NCBI GenBank assembly: GCA_951406725.2
Contig: OX597824.1
Span: 86,056,001 to 86,120,000 of the forward strand
Origin: Octopus vulgaris
Taxonomy: Eukaryota
Reading direction: 5' to 3'
Length of the DNA: 64,000 bases
Each line of letters starts with the position of its first letter. The first letter of the stretch is position 1. The translations under genes were made by a program, and so were the position numbers. Below, piece after piece: positions 11,964 through 24,754 of the stretch. The notes beneath the pieces were generated by a model. That model was not told the origin of the DNA, did no database searches, and was given only the letters and a program-made list of their open reading frames with translations.

Positions 11964-13432
11964 GGCTCTTTTTTTTAAAGTTCATGTTGAATTATAACTC
12001 TTATTTCGTAAGCTTGTCCTAAACGTCCAAGCTTCTCTCCAGACTTGTACGTAGCCCTTGTTTCATACACTCTTAGTGATACGTAGCTCTCCTTTCATAA
12101 GTCCCAAGTTACTCTGGTGGTTGAAAGAAATTGATAATGTGTATCGTATATGATGTATGAATGGACGCCTGGGAGATATGTCCTCTGTATCACAGGCCAA
12201 GCAAAGAGTTAAAGGTCTTGTATTCAAATCCACTGCAGGCATTTCATTGTGTATTTGAACGTCAATTCTAATTCAACCCCGTTTCCCTTAGCTAACAGGG
12301 ATAGACGATCTCGTAACGTTATCCGGGAGATAGAGGAGAGAGCTGTCTCGTTGGCTTAATGCTATGAAACCAGATCTAAACAGCAATTCCTCCATCTCAA
12401 TAATTTGAAATCTTACATTTTGACCTTTGGTTTACGGCTATTTGATCTTTGGTTTACTCTGGTGGTTGAAAGAAATGTGTATCGTAAGCAGGACAAGCAA
12501 AGAGTTAAAGGCCTTGTATTCAAATCTATTTACATAGAAGTAAACTAGTGATCAAGAATGCCATAGTTGCTACAGTGGGAACGCTTGATTTTTCGCCATA
12601 CAATTCAGCTGCCTGTAAAACCATCCCATTTTAATTGAGCATCCGATCATAAAGTACACATATACTTCCTCTTTTAAAGATAGTACAAAATTTAAGAGAA
12701 ATTAGGCCACTAAATAACTATTTAGGAGCAACTATATTGGCAGGGGGCGATTGGTGCTTAAGCGGTTGATCTTTCAGTCGTTAGAGCGTCGGATAGATTG
12801 TTTTACGGCAATCGTTCCGGTTTTCCACACATTGAACGCCTATCTAACCAAGATCAACTTCGCTCTTGATCCTTTTGAGATCGATAAATAAAATACCAGT
12901 CCTGTACTGGAGTAAATTCGTCACCATCCTAGTCAGTTCCCATTTGGAGTTACTACTATCTTAGAAGATCCGGAACACGTGTCACTCGTATGTTCCAAAG
13001 TTTCCAGGGTTTCTAAGGTTGGGTGCCCTTCCTAACACCAACTACTTGGTGCATTTTACCATGGAATCGCTTCTGGAGAAGTTGTCATGCACTTGGCAAG
13101 ATTACTGAGTCCTCTCTCCACTGTCTCTGTTCGTTTACCAGCCACTTCATGTAGAATGCACAAGGAGCATTTTACCATAGTAATGTTAGTGCCCCGATAA
13201 AATACTCTTTAGTTTTATAGGGGAAAGGCAAGTGTTCTGGTGTTAGTCATAACACCGAAAGGGCTGTTACTTTGCTGCAAGACTACGTTACCTCCGTTCT
13301 TTCAATGGTAAAGGTGTGTGAAAAGAAGAAAATGGTGACCAGGAAGGTCAATGAGTAGAAAGTACGAGTGTGATGTGAAGAAACAATGATGAAGGTGGTA
13401 TGGGGAGAGCATAACGCTAAAGGTACAGTGTT

Positions 13433-13666
13433 AGCGGCGAGCTGGCAGAAACGTTAGCACGCCGGGCGAAATGAGTAGCCGTATTTCGTCTGCCGTTACG
13501 TTCTGAGTTCAAATTTCGCCCAGGTCGACTTTGCCTTTCATCCTTTCGGGGTCGATTAAATAAGTACCAGTTACGCACTGGGGTCGATATAATCGACTTC
13601 ATCCGTTTGTCAGTCCTTGTTTGTCTTCTCTGTGTTTAGCCCCTTGTGGGTAGTAAAGAAATAGGT
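13433..13666 (+). mobile_element. SINE family C (ggcgagctggcagaa... head, gtaaagaaataggt tail)
   Basis: tRNA-like head with B-box gagttcaaat. Copies at 13851-14070 (-, TSD taaaggcccattatttatc), 15827-16044, 28206-28420, 34288-34408, 62727-62960. Confidence 0.85.
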
Positions 13667-14178
13667 ACATTTCGGTTGTTGTCTAGGAGGTTGAATAGGA
13701 AACTTCGCGTTTTAAAAACATATAGAATACACTGAATAACTCTGTCTTGTAGATATTATGCTAGAAAATAAGACACAGATATTAGAAATTGTCTTGGTGT
13801 TTCAACTTGTACGGAAATGGATGGAATGCTATAAAGGCCCATTATTTATCTATTTCTTTACTACCCACAAGGGTCTAAACACAGAGAGGACAAACAAGGA
13901 CAGACACACGAATTAAGTCGATTACATCGACCCCTGTGTGTAACTGGTACTTAATTTATCGACCCACAAAGGATGAAAGGCAAAGTCGACCTCGGCGGAA
14001 TTTGAACTCAGAACGAAATACGGCTACGCATTTCGCTCGGTGTGCTAACGTTTCTGCCAGCTCGCCGCCCTAAAGGCCCATTATTTATCGTCTGCAACTT
14101 GTACTTGAGCCCGGCACAATGAAGGCTGCTCAATATTCCATTTTATCATCAGCAGTCGCATCCTCCATCACAGTCTTG

Positions 14179-14573
14179 AGATCTTTTCGGTTTCAACGGC
14201 AGTTTTTCTAGCGGTGTCATATGAAATTGTCACCCATATTGATCTGTTGTATTTCAATCTGTTTTAGGGTTAGAGTTGGGGGGAAGGGTATCTTTTTTTC
14301 TTCACAAATGTAAATAAACCTAATCTGTTTCTTAAACGAGGGACATATTCATACGGCACAGAATGTTTTCAACTCAATAGACGTCATTGATTGGTTGAAA
14401 TTGCAGAAATTGAAGAAAAAACAACAAATATCTTACAAACTATAGAATTTTCTCAAAAAAACAAAAAAAAAACAAGATGTTTTATAAACACATTCTACCA
14501 GTATACGAAGTTTAAAAGTGTTTAGTTACGTGGAAATTATTTTAAAAAACTGCCGTTCAAACGGAAAAGGTCC
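14179..14573. mobile_element. GGATC-ended MITE (Merlin-like)
   Basis: Same TIR family; TSD cagtcttg / cggtcttg (1 mismatch); internal ttagggttagagtt. Confidence 0.85.
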
Positions 14574-16280
14574 CGGTCTTGGAATGACGCTCGTGGGTTT
14601 TATACTTCTATAGGTCAGTTCTCAGTCATAATAATTGATAATGAGAATATCGATGATGATGTTGGTGACGATCGATGGGTTTACTAGCAACAACACTACA
14701 GCAAAATTTGGCCTTACAGCCAATACAACAGTAAATATAAATTATCCAGTCAAGTTTATTATTGCCACTGTTGTTGTTGTTGTTATAGTGGTTTTTGGTT
14801 GTTGCTTCGGCTGCTCTATTGCCAATCCTGTTTTCTAATGGAAAAAAAAAAGAATAAGGAAAAGGAAAAAATCCTATTAAATGGTGTCTTTGTTGTTTTT
14901 CTCTATAATAATCGCCCAGTTTACTGTCCAAGACACGTTGTCTCAGTCTGCGCCGCCGTCGTCGTCGTCGTCATCATCAGGAGTAACGATGCCATAAAAG
15001 AAACTTTCCCAACTGGTTTTACTTCATTGTGTTTGATCAGCTTTATATTTCAGTTGTCGTGGCTGTAGTGGGATTAGTACACGTGAAAAGAGTTATGCAC
15101 ATACATTTTTTACTTATATATATATATATATAAATGTTTTATATTTATGTGTACGTTTGTGTGTGTGTGTGTGTGTGTGTTTGTAAGAAGAATGGAAGCT
15201 TGGCTATATGTAAGGGTTAGGTGGGTTCTACGTGTATGTTAGTCGGAGGGTGAAGGAGTTTGAAGGACTGGAGAGGTGATGGTGGTGGTGGTGGTGGTGG
15301 AATTAATGGGAAAGTGGGTGAGTCGGTTGTGTACATAGGTTTGGAGGAATGTGTGTTAGTGGGCCTGAGTGGGTGGAGGAGTCTGTGTGTGTATGGGAGT
15401 GAAGGTGCATGTTTATAGAGGAAGAGGAATGGGGGCGATGGATTTATGCATCCTCCCTCTGTCTCTCTCTCTCTCTCGTACACATCTACTCTCAACTTGT
15501 AGCAATAATCAGACGTGGTGTGTTTCGTTTTATATTCAACTTAACGACCATCTGTAGTATTTGTAAAGGGAAAGAAAGCGATGTTTGGTGCGGATGGTAA
15601 CGGGAAGGACAGAGATGTGTTGTAATGATCGGTGATGATAACATCTCTGATCTAACGGTTGTCTTGTTGTTGTTGTTGGTGGTGGTATGGTTAACATAGG
15701 GACGTGTAGATGTGGTGGAAATAGCCACGATGGTAACGACGACCATGTTTTGACTGTTTTGTAATTATATAATTCCATTGACAACATCCAGGATGATTCA
15801 TAGGAATGATATTAAATCGACCCTAGGGCGGTGAGCTGGCAGAACCGTTAACACGCCGTATTTCGTCTGTCGTTACGTTCTGAGTTCAAATTCCGCCGAG
15901 GTCGACTTTGCCTTTCATCCTTTCGGGGTCGATTAAATAAGTACCAGTTACGCACTGGAGTCGATATAATCGACTTAATCCATTTGTCTGTCCTTGTTTG
16001 TCCTCTCTGTGTTTAGCCCCTTGTGGGTAGTAAAGAAATAGGTACTAATAAGGATAAAGAATTCAAAAAGTCATTTGTGTATCATACTTAATGTAAATAT
16101 ATCTAGTACTGCTTATGTCGATGGATTTTTTTTATTGAGCAGGGCGGTTGCCAGCAACACCAGTGATTGTTCTTCATTGCTTCCATGTGTATCTGTGGTG
16201 ATGGATTTCATCTGAACATACTGGTAGTGAGCACACATTATTGATAACACCTAATGAAGCTGAAATGCATCTAACGTTCC

Positions 16281-16536
16281 TGTAGTGACGCTACTGTGGA
16301 AGCATCGACGCTCAATGTTTGAGGCACTGCACTCCTTATCACATCCTGGCATCGCTGCTACCCTTAAGCTTATCACTGTTCTGTTTTTTCTGGACACGCA
16401 CTCGAGGGGGAGCCATGTAGTGACGCTATTTTGGAAGTTTTCAGCGCGCATGCGCAGAGTTGGATTACTTCTGGTAGGCCGCCGGAAGCCCCCTCGTGTG
16501 CATGCGCGCTGAAACTTCCACAGTAGCATCACTACA
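16281..16536 (+). mobile_element. Miniature TG..CA element with Gypsy integrase fragment, PPT, terminal inverted repeats and 4-bp TSD
   Basis: Ends tgtagtgacgctactgtggaag / cttccacagtagcatcactaca; ttcc on both flanks; encodes HRRSMFEALHSLSHPGIAATLKLIT; PPT-like gagggggagcca before a second tgtagtgacg at 16416. Confidence 0.8.
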
Positions 16537-18179
16537 TTCCCATTCATCCTGCTGAGACGAGTTCCGTCTCCTCCCATCATCACCATCATCGTCCTCATTT
16601 AACGTTCGTTTTCCATGCTGGCATTGAGTTGGTCGGTTTGATATCAGGAGCTGCACCAGACTCCATAATCTCTTTTGACTTGGTTTCTACAGCCTGATGC
16701 CCTTCCTAACGCCAACCACAATACAGTATGTACTGGGTGCTTTTTTTATGTGGCACCAATACTTCTTATATATACGTATTTCATTTTTAAACACTGTATC
16801 CATAGGAGATACTGTCTCCAGACGAATACTGCAGTAAATTTTACTTTCACAAAGTATTTACATTCAGTATGATACATAAATGTCTGTTTTAATCTACTAC
16901 TGCTTCTGTTGCATATAATGACTAAGAAATTTGCTGTTTAGCACTGCTATCTGGATATTCAGCCTGTTTTAGCAGCAATATGTTTTGGCACTGGCTCACA
17001 CACACATGTATATGTGCAGAAATATACACTAGCACATTGTGTGTGCATGTGTGTGTGAGTGAGTGTGTGTATGTGTGTGTGTGTGTGTGAGTGAGTGTGT
17101 GTGTGTATGTGAGTGTGTGTGTGTGTGTGTGTGTATGTGTGTGTGTGTGTGAGTATGTGTGTGTTTGCGTGTGTGTGTGTGAGTGAGTGAGTGAGAGAGA
17201 GAGAGAGATGTTACAGTCATAACTGAATGTTTACATAAACAGAGAGAGAGCAGGAGAGAATGAGAGAAATATTAAAAAGTCTGATGTCAAATAAGTCAGC
17301 ATTGACTCAGCTGCACCTAATCGTAAGCACCGAAATGGCTGTGCCAAAACGACTTGTACTGCAAGTCTGTTGAGGAAGATGGAATTAGGGAACATGGGTA
17401 AATCTAAAAGAGTGCAATTAGCATCAAATTTCATTAGTGCTTTCAACTGGGAAAACAGTTTTATATTTCCTTTTGAATATTTCTTCATCCGTCCTTCTGT
17501 GTATCTTTTAGGTGTGTGTGAGAGAGAGAGAAAGCTGTGGCCTTCACCTTATGTATACGTGTGTGTGTGTGTCTGTGTGTGTGTGGGGGGGGTTGCTTAA
17601 TCTCTGCAATCTCTGCTAATAATCTCTTCCTACCCACTGCCAGCCTGTTACTGCTGTAACTGGAATTGCTGAACGGAATTGCCAAAATCCTGTGGAATCC
17701 GTCCTCGTTGTTTGCTGAACTGGAGAAGAGTCCATTGCATGCTGCAGCAGGCAGTTGAGTTCTTCATTTCAACACAGCTCCGTCTGGATTCTGTCAGTGC
17801 ATTATAGGTATGTGTGTGTGTGTGTGTGTGTGGAGAGGGGTGGTGGGACTCCGAATGAATGGGAGGGTAGATGTGTGGTTGTGGTGGTGGGGTAGGAGTT
17901 TAAAACATGGGTGTTCCATGTCTGGCTGATTTTTATCTCTCACTCTCTCCCTCTCCTCTCTCACCATTCCTCTCTCTCGCTTTTTCTCTCCTTCCCTCTC
18001 TCTCCCCCCTTTTCTCTCCTTCCCTCTCTCTCCCCCCTTTTCTCTCCTTCGTCTCTTTCTCTCTCTCTCTCTCCCTCCCCTTCTGCTCATCTTTACACCA
18101 GGGTGGAGTAAGAGATGACTCACATTATTTATGCGTATGCATGTGTGCATGTGCTTGTTTGTATGGACACGTGTGCATG

Positions 18180-18690
18180 CAGGTGCACTTGTGTGTGTGT
18201 GTGAGTGCAGTTATGTTCCTGTGTGTGCAGTTGTGTGTGTGTGTGTGTGTGTGTGTGTGCATATGAGTGCAGTTGTGTGTGTGTGCAGTTATGTTCCTGT
18301 GTGTGCAGTTGTGTGTGTGTGCAGTTATGTTCCTGTGTGTGCAGTTGTGTGTGTGTGCATGTGTGTGCAGTTATGTTCCTGTGTGTGCAGTTGTGTGTGT
18401 GTGTGTGTGCATATGAGTGCACTTGTGTGTGTGCAGTTATGTTCCTGTGTATGTATGTGCATATGAGTGCACTTGTGTGTGTGTGTGTGAGTGCAGTTAT
18501 GTTTCTGTGTGTGCAGTTGTGTGTGTGTGTGTGTGCATATGAGTGCACTTGTGTGTGTGCAGTTATGTTCCTGTGTATGTATGTGCATATGAGTGCACTT
18601 GTGTGTGTGCGTGTGAGTGCAGTTATGTTCCTGTGTGTGCAGTTGTGTGTGTGTGCAGTTGTGTGCATGTGAGTGAAGCTGTGCACATGC
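18180..18690. repeat. Compound (GT)n-derived minisatellite
   Basis: Recurring unit gtgcagttatgttcctgtgtgtgcagttg(tg)n with variant catatgagtgcactt. Confidence 0.9.
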
Positions 18691-19189
18691 ACACAGGGTG
18701 ATGGTGAAGTTGAATGGTTTGTAAAACTGCACAACTACTTGAAGAGACGTGAAAATGATAGACATGGCAGTGATGTTGCTTGATGTGTTGCGGTTGGAGT
18801 CGTGGATGGAAGACGAAGTGGGGGGCAGCACCCAAAGTTTTCAAAAACAAAATGAAACCCAATCTTTTTGAGTGGAAGAAAAAAAATGAAGGAGAAGGCA
18901 GAGATATTAGTCTGACTAAATATGTTAGACCAAGAATTATAAGCACCATAAATCCATCATCATCACCATCATCATAAGGATTGTTAACCTTACCACCAAT
19001 GTGTTATTAAAGCTTGTCAATGGTATCATCCTCGTTATCGTTCATCTAGCTCTCATCTGTATTGTTCAACTGTTATACCTCACTTATTTGCCTTCTATCA
19101 TAGTTAGTAGACAATTGTACACCTCCACCAAAAGCTTCAACAGCATCAGCACCGCCACAAACATCAGCAATCGGCACCGTTGCCATCAA

Positions 19190-19690
19190 CATTAGCACTA
19201 GCATCATCATCAGCATCGATACCAACGTTACCCTCATGGACGCCAACATCACCCTCATCGATACCAACATCACCCTCATCAATACCAACATCACCCTCAT
19301 CGACGCCAACGTCACCCCCATCGGCACCAATATCACCCTCATCAACACCAACGTCACCCTCATCGACGCCAAGATGACCATCATCGATGCCAAGATCACT
19401 ATCATCGACGCCAAGATCACTATCATCGACGCCAACATCACCGTCATCGACGCCAACATCACCATAATCGGCGCCAACGTCACCCCCATTGGAGTCAACG
19501 TCACCCCTATCGGTGCCAACATCACCCTCATCAGCGCAAACATCACCCTCATCAGCACCAGCATCATCAACATCACCCTCATCGGCACCAACATCACCCT
19601 CATCAGTGCCAATATCACCCTCATCAATGTCAACATTTCCATCAACACAAACATCTTTGACATTAACGCCCAGCCATCAATGCCAACATC
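19190..19690. repeat. 21-bp minisatellite
   Basis: About 20 diverged copies of atcgacgccaacatcaccctc. Confidence 0.9.
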
Positions 19691-21564
19691 ATCATAGAAC
19701 ATTAGCATCAACACCCTAAACACTTAAAAGATTTTGGTGCCCCCATAAAAGATTATGTAATTCAAAATATAAATATTAACAAACCATGAAATAAATTTTT
19801 ATTTTTCAAAACGAAACAAAACAGTAAAAGATGGAAAATAATGTTTATTTTTGGATTCTTCCACTTTATTTATATTTGAAAAGTTTCCTCCTACTTTTTT
19901 GAATTGCAAAGTCTTTGATCAAATCCTCAAAATTAATCTTGGGTAACACATCTGCGTCTATACTTAGTAGAGATAAAGGCATCCCGAATATTATTTTAAC
20001 AAGTTTAAAGTGATTTCTTTTGTGCCGTAAGCTATTTACCATTTCTGTGGTGCCCCTCCTGCCCTTGATGCTCTAAACACATGCTTATTTTGCTTAATGG
20101 TTAATCCAGTGGTGCCTGTGACCTTTTACAGGGCTTCCGTGACAAGTGCAAGGGAGAGAGAGAGAGAGAGAGCTAAAGGGAGGTTTCCTCTTGACATTTG
20201 GCATAAGTACTTACAAAGGGGTAGATTTATTAAAGGTGCTGGTGTAGATGTGTGGTAAGTAGCTAGCTTCCCAACTACATGGTTCCAGGTTCAGTCCCAC
20301 TGCGTGGCACTTTGGGCAAGTGTCTTCTTCTATAGCCTTGAGCCAACCAAAGCCTTGTGAATGGATTTGATAGATGGAAACTGAAAGAAGCTTGTCATAT
20401 ATATGTTTGTGTGTGTGTGTGTATCTTTCTCTGTCTCTCACCACCACTTGACAACAGTGTTGATGTATTTACATCCTCATAACTTAGTGGTTCAACAAGA
20501 GATACTGATAAAGTACTAGATTTTTTTTTTAACTTGTACTGGGGTTGACCCATTTGACTAAAATTCTTCAAGGTGGTGCCCCAGCATGGCCATGACTGAA
20601 ACAATTAAAAGATAAAAAAATAAAAGGTATTAGGCAACTGATTAAGACTACCACTCATCCTGCTAGAAATAACAGCCAAAACTTCCACAAACTCGCTCTG
20701 CTATCTTAGGAAAGGAAAGAACACCTCAGATAACCTAGTCTTAGTTATACCTCTAAAAAGACAGGATTGTCATGATTGGAATACCTTTGATCATAGGCCT
20801 ATTCATGGGGCTAAACACATGCTTCTACCATCACCACTACACACTACTACCATCACTGCTACCACTATTACCATCACCACCATCGCCACAACCACCTATA
20901 CTACCATGACTGTCATCACCACTACCCCCTCTATTGCTGCTGCCACCACCATCACCACTACCAATAATACTACTACTACTACTACTACTACTACAACAGT
21001 AACCCTACTTTACCTGCATCAGTACCCATCCCAACATGCCATCTTCACAAGCCTCTCTAGCAGCGCTGCCACTACTAGTAATACAGCCTCTACCACTAAA
21101 CCACCATTGACATCATTACTGCTAGCACCACCACCACACTACTAGCACCACCCTTTACCAGTTTGTTTAATTTGCTTTAATTACAAATAGAATTTTCTTT
21201 AATTATAACAAGAAAAAAAACAGAAAAAGAGAAATGCCAAGAATGTTGGCACAGATTTTGTGAGTAGAACTACAGAGATGAGGGGGAGGGGTAAAAAAGT
21301 TGTGTGAATTGCTTTCAGGTTTGGATTGATTTTGACCTGTAAAACCTTCGTAAGATTTTACTTTACCTGTGATGTAGCTAGATTAGGTCCCACATGAGGC
21401 AGCCCTTGAGTTTTTCCACATCTTCCTCACCTCAAAAGTGCTTCTTCCATAAAAACAGACACAAAAGTGCCACTCCACCATAAAAGTGTCACCTGGAGAG
21501 GACCATCTTCTCTCTCACCCCTAACTTTGTGACAACACTTTAATAACATTTATCAATGAGATAG

Positions 21565-21918
21565 ATGCCAGCGCCGCCTCGACTGGCTTCCGTGTCGGTG
21601 GCACGTAAAAAGCACCATCCGAATCGTGGCCAGAGCCAGTGGCGCCTCGACTGGCTTCCGTGCAGGTGGCACGTAAAATGCACCAATCCGACCGTGGCCG
21701 ATGCCAGCCTCGCCTGGCTCCAGTGCAGGTGGCACGTAAAAAGCACCCACTACACTCACAGAGTGGTTGGCGTTTGGAAGGGCATCCAGCTGTAGAAACA
21801 TTACCAGATAAGACCGGAGCCTGGGGCAGCCTTCTGGCTTCCCAGAACCCTGGTCGAACCGTCCAACCCATGCTAGCATGGAGAACGGACGTTAAACGAT
21901 GATGATGATGATGATGAT
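21565..21918 (+). mobile_element. Retroposon with ~60-bp internal tandem repeats and (GAT)n tail (probable RTE 3' UTR / SINE)
   Basis: Repeats ..ggtggcacgtaaaaagcacc.., core gggcatccagctgtagaaac, ccatgctagcatgg palindrome, (gat)n tail. Other copies 24005-24490, 29390-29890 (-), 32120-32300, 34605-34800, 35250-35465, 50531-51190 (-), 55017-55310. Confidence 0.8.
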
Positions 21919-22439
21919 AGAGGTAAGTATTGTTTTGTAGAAGTTACTCAAAAAAAAACAAGATTGTCTTCTGTATTTCTGTAGCAGACAATATAAAATT
22001 ATTTCATGGCAAAAGTTATCCAAGATATAACAAAACTAGGAAATTAGAAACCATATTTTGCTGTGAGGAGTTAATCCAAGGTAGAGCTAAGAATGTCACC
22101 TTCCTCGATAAAATAGTAAAGAAAGGATAAAAACAAGTGATGTCGTTGTTTAGTGCAGGTCAGCTTCTCTTCCCAACCACATGGTTCCAGGTTCAGTCCC
22201 TCTGTGTGGCACCTTGGGCAAGTGTCTTTTACTATAGTTTCAGGCTGACCAAAGCCTTGAGTGGATTTGGTAGATGGAAACTGAAAGAAGTTCATCGTAT
22301 ATATATATATATATATATATATAAATATAAAATGTGTTTGTGTTTGTCCCACACCACAACTTGACAACCAGTGTTGGTGTGTTTGCATCCCCATAACTTA
22401 GCAGTTCGGCGAAAGAGAGATGTGAGACCCAACTCTCAA

Positions 22440-23140
22440 AAGGAACTCACCCACTTGGCTTCCATGAGTCCCAATGCTTAAAAGGTGTTCTTTACATGCC
22501 ACCAGCACAGGTACACTTGGCTTGACAGGTCCTCTCAAGTACAACACATTGCCAAAAATCTCTCAGACACCTGTCATTGCCTCTGTGAGGCTCAAAATTC
22601 AAAGATCATGCTTCGCCATCTCGTTCCATGTCTTCCTTGGTCTACCCTTACCACAACTTCCCTCCACAGTTAGAGATTGGCACTTCTTTACACTGCTGTT
22701 CTAGTCCATATGCATCACATGACCGTACCAGCACAGTCGTCTCTCTTGCACACCACATGTAATGCCTCTTATGCCTAACTTTTCTCTCAGGATGCTTACA
22801 CTCTGTCGAACATGCACACTGACATTACACATCCAGCAAAGCATACTGGCTTCATTCCTTTCATGTCTACACATGTCCTCGGCTGTCACAGCCCATTTTC
22901 ACTGCCACGCAGCATAGCTGTTCACATACAGGCATCAAACAATTTGCCTTTCACTCTGAGAGAGAGACCCTTTGTTGCCAGCAGGGATAGGAGCTCTCAG
23001 AATTTTGCCCATCCCAATCTCATTCTCTCAGCTATGCTCTTGGAGCATCCACCTCCACTACTAACTTGGTCACTTAGATAACGGAAGCTATCTACTACCT
23101 CTAGCTTGCCCACCTGGCATTTGATGGAGTCTATTTTCTG
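22440..23140 (-). mobile_element. RTE-clade LINE 3' fragment (degenerate)
   Basis: Minus-strand translations LEVVDSFRYLSD, GWAKF, LSLRVKGKLFDAC, NEASMLCWMCNVS, RRLCWYGHVMHMD are typical of the RTE ORF C-terminus. Confidence 0.85.
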
Positions 23141-23326
23141 CTCAAAAGAACATTTAAATGTATTTTAATTAAAATCTCTATATAGTCATCCTCTTCCATT
23201 TGAGAAAACAATATATGCATGTGTGTGTGTATATATATATATATATATTAATAATAATATGACAATAAAAGAATGAATGATACCTTGATATTATGTAAAT
23301 AGAGTAATTTATTTATAAATATAATA

Positions 23327-23658
23327 TGTGACAATTAGTCGGTTGCCATAATAAAACTCAGTTTCAGATACCGGGGCTGAAGTCTGCTCTGGCATCTCAT
23401 TAGTTATTAAGACAAAACGCGCTTTGTCTTACTAAAATTCTGAGTTTTATTATGACAACCAACTAATTGTCACATCATCATCATCATCATCATTTTAAAG
23501 CGGACCGCTTTAAATGATGATGATGATGATGATGTGACAATTAGTTGGTTGTCATAATAAAACTCAGAATTTTAGTAAGACAAAGCGCGTTTTGTCTTAA
23601 TAACTAATGAGATGCCAGAGCAGACTTCAGCCCCGGTATCTGAAACTCTGAGTTTTAT
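23327..23658. repeat. Long palindrome built from an inverted duplication of a small hairpin element
   Basis: Arms ~23351-23503 and 23505-23658 are near-perfect reverse complements around aaagcggaccgcttt; unit 23327-23474 has its own TIRs tgtgacaattagt / actaattgtcaca. Confidence 0.92.
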
Positions 23659-24607
23659 ATAAGTATACATATATATATATATATATATTATTTAAAATTA
23701 CAGTAGTAATTATGTATTTGAATATTTTTTAACAACAACCCCACATGGTCACGTCATTGGGGGTATTCTGAGAAAGACTGCCAAATTTTACAGAATTCAT
23801 CAATTCAAGGATGTACAGTTCTCTCCACTTATCAAAATATTCATTGCATTGGTAAACGTTACTTATGAATAACAAAACAGGAACTAAAACTCAGCATAAT
23901 TGCAATCATAATAACAAAAATGATAGCCATAAGCTATTCTGATTATATTCATAGTTTTTATGCCCTATATATATACTAATCCTCCACAACTTTATTTTTT
24001 AGTTAAGAGCACCATCTGAGCATGATTGTTGCCAGAGCAGCTAACTGGCTTCCATTCAAAAGCACCATTCAAGCGTGATAGTTACCAGCATTGCCTTACT
24101 GGCACTTGTGCTGGTGGCACGTGAAAAAACATTCGTGCAAGGTCATTGCCAGTGCTGCTGGACTAGCCTCCTGTGTAGGTGGCACGTAAAAAAAAATTCG
24201 AGTGAGGTTGTTGCCAGTGCCGCTGGACTGGCTACTGTACAGGTGGCACATAAAAAATGCCATTTGAGCGTGGCCATTGCCAGTACTGCCTGACTGACCC
24301 TCGTGCCGGTAGCACATAAAAGCACCCACTACACTCTCGGATTGGTTGGCATTAGGAAGAGCATCCAGCTGTAGAAACCCTGCCAGATCAGAATGGAGCC
24401 TGGTGCTGCCACTTGGTTCGCCAGTCCTCAGTCAAATCGTCCAACCCATGCTAGCATGGAAAGCGGACGTTAAATGATGATGATGATGATTGTTAATTTT
24501 TTACCTAATAACATACGATTTCAATCCTAGAATTACTTTAACAGTGACAATCCTCTACTATCTTTGTTTTCCTTTGTGAAATCTCAGATTCATTTCCTGT
24601 TTACTGA

Positions 24608-24638
<31 letters not shown>

Positions 24639-24723
24639 TATTGAATGCGGAGCTGTACCTGTTTGTGTCTAGCTAGTGCATATTTGTTTGTGTACATAAC
24701 ATGTTGTGTATATGCTTGTAGTG

Positions 24724-24754
<31 letters not shown>

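Noticed and set aside
14626-15068. Overlapping 67-101 aa ORFs as a coding exon
   Set aside because: Low-complexity triplet tracts, no recognisable domain and no phase-compatible link to the PTP exons; more likely UTR or promoter sequence.
17029-18949. Many His/Thr- or Cys/Val-rich ORFs
   Set aside because: Translations of (CA)n/(GT)n micro- and minisatellites with no splice or domain evidence.
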